Source of the DNA: Sciscionella sp.
GTDB lineage: Bacteria > Actinomycetota > Actinomycetes > Mycobacteriales > Pseudonocardiaceae
Direction of reading: 5' to 3'
Length of the DNA stretch: 53,071 nt
NCBI GenBank assembly: GCA_050700995.1
Contig: JBOHEL010000001.1
Coordinates: 1 to 53,071, forward strand
The position numbers and the translations under genes were made by a program. Within the stretch, counting starts at the first letter, position 1. The number at the start of each line of letters is the position of its first letter. This document shows positions 10,874 to 18,889 of this stretch, one piece after another. The notes below the pieces were generated by a model. It was not told the DNA's origin. It saw nothing but the letters and a program-made list of their open reading frames with translations, and did no database searches.

Positions 10874-12295
10874 TCAGAAGGCGCCGAGGCCGTGTGGCAC
10901 GCCGACGCCGGTCGGGCCGTCCCAGCCTGGCGCGCCGGTGCACACCGCCGCGGTGTAGCCGTCGCCGGTGCACTCGGCGGCGCCACCCTGGGCGTTGGAG
11001 CCGCCGGTCACGTCGTCGATCGTGCCCGGGGGTGCGGCGTACATGGTGTTCGGGCCTTCGACCTTCGCGAGGTTGCCCGCTCGCGCGTACAGCCCGGCGA
11101 GGAATGGTGATGCCGCGCTGGTGCCGCCTACGACCAGCCAGCCGCCACCGGTACCGGAGGACGGCGTGTAGGTGTCGTACACCGCGACGCCGGTATAGGG
11201 ATCGGCGTCAGCTGAGACATCGGACACCGCGCGGTGGCCCTTGCAGTTCGCCGCTACCGCTGCGGGCTGTCCGACGGCGGGCCCCAAGTCGGTGGCGCAG
11301 CCGCTGCCCGCACCGATCCAGGAGCCGTCCTTCTTGTAAACCCCACCCCATGCGGTGTTGGTGTACCCGTCGGCGGTCTTGGTGAGCGTGGTGCCACCTG
11401 CCGAGGTCACCCATTGCACTTCCTGCGGCCAGATCTGCTGGTTGCCGGTGTACCCGGAGTCGCCGGAGGAGGCCACCACCGCGACGCCTGGATGGTGCAG
11501 CGCCTGCGCGGGGGCGCCGGTGCCGAGGTAACCGCCTTGCAAACCGGTCGGCAGGCCGTAGCTCATGCTGACCGAGGAGGCGCCGAGGTTGACCGCCTCG
11601 TTGACCGCGGTGCCGAAGTCGTCAGCCAGCGCGCCCGGTAGCTGCAACTGGGCGGCGAGCAGCAGCTTCACCAGGTTCATTGGGATCTGCACCATGGTGA
11701 TCTTGCAGGTGGGGCAGGACGCGGACGCCATGTCCACATCCAGCGCGGTCTCGGTGGCGTAGGACTCTTCGACGCTGGACAGTGCCGCGTTGGGTTGCAG
11801 TGGCGGGCCACCGTGGTAGTCGGTGATCGTCAGGCACCCGTTCGCCGTGGTGCACGCGGGCAGGCCGTACTGGCTGCGGTACGTGGCGAGGTCGGACTCC
11901 AGGTTCGGGTACGCGCCAACGCCCACGATGGCGATGGTGTTGTTCGACCCGCTGGCGGCGTCGGGCAGGTGGTACGCGGCCGATAACTCGGCCGGGCCGT
12001 AGCCGGCTGGAGTGGCCGTGGTCATCGGCGTTGCGGAGCCCCTGCTGGTGGTGACAAGTTTCGACTGGCAGCCGAGGTGCACGAGCTTGCCTGCCAGTGG
12101 GATCAAGCAGTTCTCGTGTACCCCGTGGGTTGCCGCGAGGGTTCCGGCGCGTATCTGTTGCGCGATCGCCGACACGTTGGCGGTGTTCGGATGAGTCGCT
12201 GCGGGCGCGGCGGCCGCCTGTGGCGCGAAGCCTGCTGCCGATGCCACCGCTACCCCAAATCCGGCGAGCGCCGTCGCCAGCCTTGGTGACCTCAT
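10874..12295 (-). CDS. Secreted S53 (sedolisin/kumamolisin-like) serine-carboxyl peptidase
   Basis: Signal peptide MRSPRLATALAGFGVAVASAAGFAPQAAAAPA. Other motifs are YGPAELSAAYHL, VVASSGDSGY and LVVGGTSAASPFLAG (catalytic Ser). ATG at 12295 is preceded by GAGGAG. Confidence 0.8.
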   Translation of the reverse strand: MRSPRLATALAGFGVAVASAAGFAPQAAAAPAATHPNTANVSAIAQQIRAGTLAATHGVHENCLIPLAGKLVHLGCQSKLVTTSRGSATPMTTATPAGYGPAELSAAYHLPDAASGSNNTIAIVGVGAYPNLESDLATYRSQYGLPACTTANGCLTITDYHGGPPLQPNAALSSVEESYATETALDVDMASASCPTCKITMVQIPMNLVKLLLAAQLQLPGALADDFGTAVNEAVNLGASSVSMSYGLPTGLQGGYLGTGAPAQALHHPGVAVVASSGDSGYTGNQQIWPQEVQWVTSAGGTTLTKTADGYTNTAWGGVYKKDGSWIGAGSGCATDLGPAVGQPAAVAANCKGHRAVSDVSADADPYTGVAVYDTYTPSSGTGGGWLVVGGTSAASPFLAGLYARAGNLAKVEGPNTMYAAPPGTIDDVTGGSNAQGGAAECTGDGYTAAVCTGAPGWDGPTGVGVPHGLGAF

Positions 12296-12503
12296 GGAAT
12301 CTCCTCGTGTTCGTGACCGACAGTCGCGTCCACACCGATCGAGTGAGCCGCACCACACGTTTGAGTGACAGGAATACATCTACCCGCCAGTAGGTATTGA
12401 GACAACCCCAGAACGGGTGACGAATTTCTCTTGATCAATTCCAAATAGGGACGGCGCCTCGATCACCAACCGCCGGTACGGGGAGGAGAAAAGTCAGCCG
12501 GGG

Positions 12504-13235
12504 CTAGAAGCGGACCAGTTGGGGCTGTTGCGAGCTGCGGTGCCGTGGTACGGCGCTGCCGCCTGGGGTGATGGCGAAGTTGCCGCCGGAGAGGGGCCCT
12601 GGGTCGTAGCCGCCGCTGGTGATGGGCTGTGGACCGTAGGTGGCGAATGGCTGGCCGTTGACGGTCACATCGGAGAAGTCCAGCTCGCTGAAGCGCGGGT
12701 AGCTCCGGGTGGGGGACTCGATCACAGCCTCGGCGCTGACGTCCTGGGCGCCCAGGTGCTGCGTGGTGTGCTCAGCCCAGCCCTTCGTGTCGTCGGTCAA
12801 GGTGATGGTGTAGTTCCCGCCGCCTGCGTCGACAACCGACCCGGTCAGGTGATCGCCTGCGGCTACCGGATCGCTCCAGTACTGCGGCGCCGCCGGGTAC
12901 ATCTCGAACCACGGCCGGTTCACCGGCGAGCCACTCTGGCAGTTGGTCTCGACCCCGGTCTGCTCGACCGTCGACGAGCCGTAGCCGTCGATCCCGACCC
13001 AGGGCGCGTACAGGTCATTGTAAGAAGTGCATTGCGCTGCCGGCTGCACCCACGAGCCGGAGATCGACTGGAAGCCTTGCCCGTTCGCGACATAGCCGCC
13101 CCAGGCGCCGTCGGCGTAGGCATCCGGGCCGTAGCTGGTTGCCGCCGTCGCAGGGAGAGCGGCAGCGAGGCAGGCGGCCACCGCCACGCCGATGCCGCTG
13201 ATCCGCACGCCTCGACCGGTTCGCGAAGTGCTCAT
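12504..13235 (-). CDS. Secreted G1 (eqolisin / peptidase A4) glutamic peptidase homologue
   Basis: Has a signal peptide. Motifs are AWGGYVA, SGSWVQPAA, APWVGIDGYGSSTVEQTG (catalytic Gln region) and SAEAVIESP (catalytic Glu region). ATG at 13235 is preceded by GGGAG. Confidence 0.75.
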   Translation of the reverse strand: MSTSRTGRGVRISGIGVAVAACLAAALPATAATSYGPDAYADGAWGGYVANGQGFQSISGSWVQPAAQCTSYNDLYAPWVGIDGYGSSTVEQTGVETNCQSGSPVNRPWFEMYPAAPQYWSDPVAAGDHLTGSVVDAGGGNYTITLTDDTKGWAEHTTQHLGAQDVSAEAVIESPTRSYPRFSELDFSDVTVNGQPFATYGPQPITSGGYDPGPLSGGNFAITPGGSAVPRHRSSQQPQLVRF

Positions 13236-13330
13236 GTCCGTCGCTCCCATCTGTCGCGTTGCTGGTAGTAATCACCATCACCCTTCGGTGTGAGGTATCG
13301 GATATCCCAGTTAGGCATAGGGTCCACGTT

Positions 13331-14302
13331 ATGGCCGAGCTGGAGCTGCGTCACCTGCGTGTGGTCTGCGCGGTGGCGGACGCAGGCAGTGTCAGCAAGG
13401 CGGCCGCCAGGCTCGGGGTGAGCCAGCCCGCGCTCAGTGCCCAGCTCACCCGTATCGAGCGCGTGCTCGGGGGGCTGCTGTTCGAACGCGGTAGGGCAGG
13501 CATCACCGCGACCGAGCTCGGCGAGTTCGTGCTGCATCGGGCCACCACCCTGCTACGCGATATGGAAGTGCTGGTGAGCACGGCGCGCGAGCGCAGTGAG
13601 GACGGGCGTTCGGTACTGCGAGCCGGAAGCATCCCGCTGCTGACCGTCGGTGCGTTCGTCGACCAACTGCGCGGCCTGCCCGAGCTGGAAGACGTGCAGA
13701 CCTTCATCGAGGGTTCCGCCGCGCTGGTATTCGAACTGCTGGTCACAGGCAGGGTCGATGTGGCGCTGTTCGAGCGTTTCGAGGCGCTCTCGACGCTACG
13801 GCATGCCGGCATCACGGTGCGCGAGTTCTCCGTCGAGCCGCAGTTCGTCGCGGTGGCCGAGTGGCATCCGACGGCCGGAAACGACGCGATCGACCTCGCT
13901 GAGCTAGCCAGGTGTGACTGGGTGGTGCCGCCGCCGCACGAGAACGGTCAGCGCCAACAGCTGACGGAGGCCTGCGAGGCCGCGGGGTTCACACCTCGGG
14001 TTCGGCACTTCACCTCCGAGGCATCCACCGCGCGCACGCTGGTAGCCCAGGGGGCGGTCTCGCTGGCCACCGCGGGCTCCAAGGACGGCGGTGGGCTGGT
14101 GGTGCGGCGGTTGACCGGTGATCCGATCATGACGGAGCTACTGTTCGCCACCAGGGACTCCGGCTGGTTCGCCGAGCGCGCGGATGCGCTGTTCGCCTGC
14201 GCCGCGCGGGCACATCAGACCACCGTGGATCGGAATCCGGCTTTCCGGCAGTGGTGGGACGAGCATCCCGAAGCGCACCCAGCTGTCGAAGCGGCACTAT
14301 AA
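13331..14302 (+). CDS. LysR family transcriptional regulator
   Basis: The N-terminal HTH reads MAELELRHLRVVCAVADAGSVSKAAARLGVSQPALSAQLTRIERVLGGLLFER. It lies divergent from the G1 peptidase gene. Confidence 0.9.
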   Translation: MAELELRHLRVVCAVADAGSVSKAAARLGVSQPALSAQLTRIERVLGGLLFERGRAGITATELGEFVLHRATTLLRDMEVLVSTARERSEDGRSVLRAGSIPLLTVGAFVDQLRGLPELEDVQTFIEGSAALVFELLVTGRVDVALFERFEALSTLRHAGITVREFSVEPQFVAVAEWHPTAGNDAIDLAELARCDWVVPPPHENGQRQQLTEACEAAGFTPRVRHFTSEASTARTLVAQGAVSLATAGSKDGGGLVVRRLTGDPIMTELLFATRDSGWFAERADALFACAARAHQTTVDRNPAFRQWWDEHPEAHPAVEAAL

Positions 14303-14370
14303 CACCAAACTTATAGGGTGCTGTGATGTATGCAGTACACATCATCGCGGTCATCATGATGTCTGCCCCG

Positions 14371-14400
14371 GATCGCGGCGAACGCGCCGTCGCCGCGATC
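14371..14400. terminator. GC-rich hairpin between convergent genes
   Basis: GATCGCGGCG-aacgcgccgt-CGCCGCGATC, a perfect 10-bp stem, located between the LysR stop and the coiled-coil gene stop. Confidence 0.5.
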
Positions 14401-14416
14401 CGGCTGGCCCGCTAAC

Positions 14417-14788
14417 TCAGAGCGTGTCCCCTGTGTGTGGGCGCAGGCGCTCGATGTCGATGTCGCGGTTGTGTAGCGGCAATACCAGTTCGGTGACCAG
14501 ATCGGTCAGCTCAGCCACCCGCAGGTTCAAGCGCCTGGCCTCGTGCAACCCGCCGGCGAGCTCCTCGGCGTCTTTGTGCGCGCCTTCGAGGCGCCCGGAC
14601 AGTACCTTGATCTGGCCGCGCAGCTCGGAAACCTGCTCCCGCAGCCCGTCGCGGTCCTCCCGTGCCCGCTCCAGCGCGCCTGCGAGCCTGCCGACCTCGG
14701 AGACCAGCATCTCCCGCTCCGGCACGATCGCGCGGCGCACCAGCCGCCCGGCGCGCGCCACCGGCCCCCGCCTTCCCACCTTGCTCAC
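14417..14788 (-). CDS. Coiled-coil protein of unknown function, translationally coupled to the LicD-methyltransferase gene
   Basis: Heptad-like and charged: LERAREDRDGLREQVSELRGQIKVLSGRLEGAHKDAEELAGGLHEARRLNLRVAELTDLV. GTG at 14788 makes a GTGA overlap with the upstream stop. ATG at 14812 is the alternative start. Confidence 0.55.
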   Translation of the reverse strand: MSKVGRRGPVARAGRLVRRAIVPEREMLVSEVGRLAGALERAREDRDGLREQVSELRGQIKVLSGRLEGAHKDAEELAGGLHEARRLNLRVAELTDLVTELVLPLHNRDIDIERLRPHTGDTL

Positions 14789-16401
14789 CTCTTGCTGGCC
14801 CGGCGAGACCATGCGACCACCATCCTTGCCGTTTCTGAACTATCCGCGTCCCCATCCGTAGGGAGCAGCGTGTGATCGAGGACGTGAATCCCTACCCGCG
14901 CCAGCTCACCGGTCAGCTCCTCGACAGAGATGAGCCGGTGCGTGCGCTCGTCAAGCGGACCTGGTTGCGCTTGGTCTTTCGGCGTGTGGAAATCGAGGTA
15001 ACCGCGGCCCCCGCCGCGCAGCAACATGGAGAGCAACCGCAGCAGGTTCGCCCTTCCTGGGTCGTCCAGCGCGCTGAGCAGGCCATGCGCGTACACCGCG
15101 TAGCCCTCGTCGTGGGCCGCGAGGCTCGCGCCGAAAGTGACGGTGTTGCGCAGGTCGTAGATGTTGAGTACCGCGAAGGTCGCCGGTTGGTCGGCCGCCT
15201 CGGCGACCCGCTGTGCGGCCGGGACGGTTTGCCTGACGTAGTCGACCGCGTGGACCTGGTGCCCGTGTGCGGCGAACCACAGCGCGTCCTGCCCCCGCCC
15301 ACAGCCGAGCTCGACCATGGCGGCTTTCGGCGTGGCCCGCTGTGCGACCCACCGGGCGAAGTCCGAGGGTTCGCCGTCCGGCACGAGCGGCGCGGCGGGT
15401 TCGCGGGAGCGGTAGTGGCTCGTCCAGAACTCGCGGTGCATATTGAGGTCACCGCACCAGCCGAAGAGACGGCGGGCGGTGGCCCTCGGCGTCTCAAACC
15501 GGAACGCGGGGTCCGGCACCTTCCAGCCTGGACCGTAGATCGCTTCCAGCATCCGTTCCGGCACCTGAGGCGAGGGTTCCTCTCGGCCGTTCACAGTGAT
15601 GCCGCGAATCGGCAGCAGATCCTCCCGACCGACGCGGGCCCGGACGCAGAAGAGCTGGTACCACCAGTCCTCCAACAGCCAGCTGGTGAAGACGTCGATG
15701 TAGTGATCGTCGTGGCCCTCGTGCTGGAAGTGGACCTGTAGATGGCCCGCCGACAGCCGCTGTGTCTGGAACCCGGCAGCGCACATTACCCGGCCGATCT
15801 GGTAGTTCTCGCTCGCCACATCGGTGGGGTGGCTGTAACGGCTGAGGTAGCCGAGGTCGATGTCGTCGTCGTTGCCCATCAGCTTGCCGTCGCGTACGGG
15901 GCCGAGCAGCGAGCCGCCGGTGACATAGATGTCGAGACCGAGTTCCTCGACGAGTACCGTGCGCACCTCGTCGGCGTGGTCGAGCAGCCGGGTCCTGGCG
16001 TCGCCGTCGAAGTCCTCGATCACGCGCCCGAGACGCATCCACTTGTTCACGACCAGGGCGCGACCGCGATCGTCCTCGAAGCGTAGCGGCGCGGCTGAGT
16101 CTCCGAACTGGGCGAGCACCCCGGCGAGCGGCTCGGCTGCGCCGGGGCGGTACAGCGCCACATCGGTGCGGCCGCGCAGGTAGGGAACCAACACCTCGGG
16201 CCATGGTTGGAACCGGTACTGGAGGCCGCCGCGGTCGTGCCGGAGGCCGGTTTCCTCGATGTGGAACGACCACACCCTGCGGCCGTCGAGGAGGAGGTTG
16301 AGCGGCCCCGTCGCGGCTTCGCTGCCGACGACGAACTCGATGCCGTCGGGGCTGGCGGCGAGCATGGGGATCGCCGCTGCGACGTTGGTCGTGATTAACA
16401 T
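14785..16401 (-). CDS. Multidomain protein: unknown N-terminal domain + LicD-like nucleotidyl/phosphotransferase + class I SAM methyltransferase
   Basis: LicD signature YVTGGSLLGPVRDGKLMGNDDDIDLGY in the centre. SAM motif I MVELGCGRGQDALWFAAHGHQVHAVD in the C-terminal third. Confidence 0.8.
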   Translation of the reverse strand: MLITTNVAAAIPMLAASPDGIEFVVGSEAATGPLNLLLDGRRVWSFHIEETGLRHDRGGLQYRFQPWPEVLVPYLRGRTDVALYRPGAAEPLAGVLAQFGDSAAPLRFEDDRGRALVVNKWMRLGRVIEDFDGDARTRLLDHADEVRTVLVEELGLDIYVTGGSLLGPVRDGKLMGNDDDIDLGYLSRYSHPTDVASENYQIGRVMCAAGFQTQRLSAGHLQVHFQHEGHDDHYIDVFTSWLLEDWWYQLFCVRARVGREDLLPIRGITVNGREEPSPQVPERMLEAIYGPGWKVPDPAFRFETPRATARRLFGWCGDLNMHREFWTSHYRSREPAAPLVPDGEPSDFARWVAQRATPKAAMVELGCGRGQDALWFAAHGHQVHAVDYVRQTVPAAQRVAEAADQPATFAVLNIYDLRNTVTFGASLAAHDEGYAVYAHGLLSALDDPGRANLLRLLSMLLRGGGRGYLDFHTPKDQAQPGPLDERTHRLISVEELTGELARVGIHVLDHTLLPTDGDADSSETARMVVAWSRRASKR

Positions 16402-16744
16402 CCGGCCAGGTTAACGTAAGCGCACAGTAAGTCGGCGCTAACCATATGATCATCCTGGGTGGCAAGCTTCTCGGCGCCGTGTCGCGCCTTCCGATGCAAG
16501 TAGACGCTTCTGGGTGACACTGTCCCCCTGTCGTGGTTAGCAGCTACCAGATTCAGGGACGTTGTGCTGCCTCACAGTGATGACATAGCGTGCCTGCCGG
16601 CGCACTGCAACCGGTTATTGGATTGACCGTGCGGGCGTCGATTACGGCGTGAATTCACTTGTCGAGGTAGCGACTGGCGCTTTTTCGGGCTCTGAATGAC
16701 GATGATCACGTCATCGTTTCGGCCGAGTATTCCAGGAGGATCTG

Positions 16745-17317
16745 GTGCGAAAGAGAACGGTCGTCGGCATTATCGCCGTAGCCACATCATGCGCTGTCAT
16801 TTCCCTGTTCGGTGCGGGAATGGCGAACGCCAGTGAAACCATGCAGCAGGCACAGGCCGCGACGCATTCGATTTCGCAGCCGACGATCGCCGCGCAAGCC
16901 CAGCACCTGCAGGCGTTGCACGACCAGTTGCAGGCGGCCATGAAGGCGGGGAAGGTGGCCGGGGCGCGGTCGGCCGTTGATTCGCTGCACGGTGCGCTCG
17001 GCACGCTGCGGGCCAGCGGGCCGCGAGCGATCGGCAACAAGTCGGCCGGCCTGGTTGACAAGGCACAGCGGCAGGACACCGAGGCGGCGAAGAAGCTGGC
17101 GGCGCTGTCGTCCACCCCGAACGGCCTCACGCCTGCTGGTGACCCGCTTGGGACACTGAGTGCGCTACTCCAGACGCTGCTGGCGTCGCTGCAGGCATTG
17201 ATAGGTAGCCTGCTTGGCTCCGTGCCTGCACCGCCGGTGCCGGTTCCGGTGCCGCCAGTCCCGGTGCCCGCACCACCAGTGCCGGTTCCGGTGCCGCCGG
17301 TGCCCGCACACAGTTAA
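16745..17317 (+). CDS. Secreted protein with C-terminal (PPVPVPV)n tail
   Basis: GTG start after AGGAGGA. Signal peptide MRKRTVVGIIAVATSCAVISLFGAGMANA. Ala/Gln-rich helical body, ending VPAPPVPVPVPPVPVPAPPVPVPVPPVPAHS. Confidence 0.7.
   Translation: MRKRTVVGIIAVATSCAVISLFGAGMANASETMQQAQAATHSISQPTIAAQAQHLQALHDQLQAAMKAGKVAGARSAVDSLHGALGTLRASGPRAIGNKSAGLVDKAQRQDTEAAKKLAALSSTPNGLTPAGDPLGTLSALLQTLLASLQALIGSLLGSVPAPPVPVPVPPVPVPAPPVPVPVPPVPAHS
17228..17306 (+). repeat. In-frame 42-nt period tandem repeat encoding the Pro-Val tail
   Basis: CCGGTGCCGGTTCCGGTGCCGCC at 17234-17256 is repeated as CCAGTGCCGGTTCCGGTGCCGCC at 17276-17298. Confidence 0.8.
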
Positions 17318-17340
17318 ACCACAATTAATAATCGGGGGTA

Positions 17341-17389
17341 GGTGTTCCGGTGGCGGGCCGTGGGAGTCGGTGTCCGCCACCGGAACACC
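17341..17389. terminator. Perfect 16-bp-stem hairpin between convergent genes
   Basis: GGTGTTCCGGTGGCGG (17341-17356) and CCGCCACCGGAACACC (17374-17389), with a 17-nt loop. Confidence 0.6.
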
Positions 17390-17403
17390 ACTGTTCGGAT
17401 AAT

Positions 17404-17589
17404 TCAGGAAAGCGCGTGTAGGAAACCGCGCCACGCCCGTGCGGGAATTGCCAGCTGCCCGGCTTCCGGTTTCTTGGAATCGCGCACCCCGACCGACGGC
17501 CGGGACAGCGCAACCTCGACGCAGTTGGACTGGTCGGTGCTGTAGGAGCTCTTGCGCCAGGTGACAGGGCCGGTATCCAGCGGACGCAT
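17404..17589 (-). CDS. DUF397 domain protein (BldB-like small protein)
   Basis: 61 aa with WRKSSYSTDQSNCVEVAL...VGVRDSK. It lies 19 nt downstream of the XRE gene. Confidence 0.85.
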   Translation of the reverse strand: MRPLDTGPVTWRKSSYSTDQSNCVEVALSRPSVGVRDSKKPEAGQLAIPARAWRGFLHALS

Positions 17590-17608
17590 GACGCGGCCTC
17601 CTCGTAGC

Positions 17609-18454
17609 TCAGGTTTGCCCGGCCAGCGCGGCGATCAGCTCCGCGGACCCGGCAGGGGTCAGTGTCTCGTTCAGGATATTGCCGAGCGCCATCCGGTAAG
17701 CCGCCAGGTCTTCCTTCTCCTCAAGGAACAAGCTGGTGGCGTGGTTCTCGATGTGCACGATGCTGGGCTCGTCGGCGAAGTCCAAGATCACGAATGGCCC
17801 GCGCAGCCCGGCGTGCGCGCCCGTCGCGAGTGGCACCACCCGGATCGTGATGCTGGGGTGCTCGGCGATGTCCGCGAGATGACGCAGCTGGCGGCGCACC
17901 ACGCCCGGTTCGCCTATCGCCCGATGCAAGGCGCCCTCGTCGATCACCGCGAGGAAGGACAGCCCGAAGCGGCGCAGCAGCGACTGCCTGGCCATCCGAG
18001 AGGCCACCAGGTTGCCCAGTTCCGCCTCGGTGACCGCCTTGTTGATCCCGGAGATCACGGCGGCGGTGTAGTCGGCGGTCTGCAGCATGCCGGGGACCAC
18101 CAGCGCCTCGTAGTTCTGGATGCGGGTGGCGCGGGACTCGAAGTCGATCAGGCTCTTCCACAGCTCCGGTAGCCCGGTGCCCTGGCTCTGCCACCAGCCG
18201 CGCTCGTCGGCCTTGCCGACCAGGTCGAGCAGCTCCTCGCGGCGGCGTTCCGGCACCCGATACAGTCCCAGCAGCGCGGCCACGTCGGCGACGTGCAGCC
18301 CGCGGTTCCCGGTCTCGATGCGGCTGATCTTGCTGGCGGACATGCCGAGCGTTTCGGCGACCTCGGCTCCGGTCATTCCGGCTTGCTCGCGCAGCCGGCG
18401 AAGCTCGGAGGAGACCTGGCGGGAGCGGACACTGGAGAGCTGCGTCGGTGGCAT
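17609..18454 (-). CDS. XRE-family HTH regulator with WhiJ-like C-terminal domain
   Basis: LRRLREQAGMTGAEVAETLGMSASKISRIETGNRGLHVADVAALLGLY followed by a roughly 200-aa C-terminal domain. This is the typical partner of DUF397 genes. Confidence 0.9.
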   Translation of the reverse strand: MPPTQLSSVRSRQVSSELRRLREQAGMTGAEVAETLGMSASKISRIETGNRGLHVADVAALLGLYRVPERRREELLDLVGKADERGWWQSQGTGLPELWKSLIDFESRATRIQNYEALVVPGMLQTADYTAAVISGINKAVTEAELGNLVASRMARQSLLRRFGLSFLAVIDEGALHRAIGEPGVVRRQLRHLADIAEHPSITIRVVPLATGAHAGLRGPFVILDFADEPSIVHIENHATSLFLEEKEDLAAYRMALGNILNETLTPAGSAELIAALAGQT

Positions 18455-18544
18455 GTCCGCCGATATTGGCGCGGAATGTCCGGCTCCGCAATCACACGAT
18501 CGGGTCTCTTGCTATCGCCCACGGCAAGGTGCCAGCGTGCCGCC

Positions 18545-18889
18545 ATGGAACAACCAGAAGAGCTCACCAGAGAGCTGTGCATGGAAATGCTCGCGGAGCA
18601 CGCCGATGTGGCGCGGCCACGGCTGTTTGCCCTGTACGGCCTGTCGCGCTCCGGCGATGACCTGATCGGTTGGGGGATGGACTTCGGCGAGGACGTCGGC
18701 GCGCTCTTCTACCAGCCCTATGACCGCGTGCAGTGGCACAGCGACTCCGCCGAGCAGGTGCTTGCCACCCGTAGCCTGATGGGGGAAGCCCACCTACTCT
18801 GGCTCGACCCGCGACGGACGCGAGGTCAGGAGGATGCGGGCAGGGCAGACTTTGACTGCCAATCCGACCAGCCGAGCGCCCAGTCGTAG
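18545..18889 (+). CDS. Hypothetical protein divergent from the XRE gene
   Basis: ATG at 18545. The product begins MEQPEELTRELCMEMLAEHADVARPRLFALYGLSRSGDDLIGWGMDFGEDVGALFYQPYDRVQWHSDSAEQVL. The last roughly 60 nt overlap the 3' end of the convergent ldt gene. No family recognised. Confidence 0.4.
   Translation: MEQPEELTRELCMEMLAEHADVARPRLFALYGLSRSGDDLIGWGMDFGEDVGALFYQPYDRVQWHSDSAEQVLATRSLMGEAHLLWLDPRRTRGQEDAGRADFDCQSDQPSAQS

Noticed and set aside
17228-17306. Short regular repeats that might suggest a CRISPR-like array.
   Set aside because: There are only two units. They are in frame inside a coding sequence and encode a Pro-Val tail, with no spacers and no cas genes.
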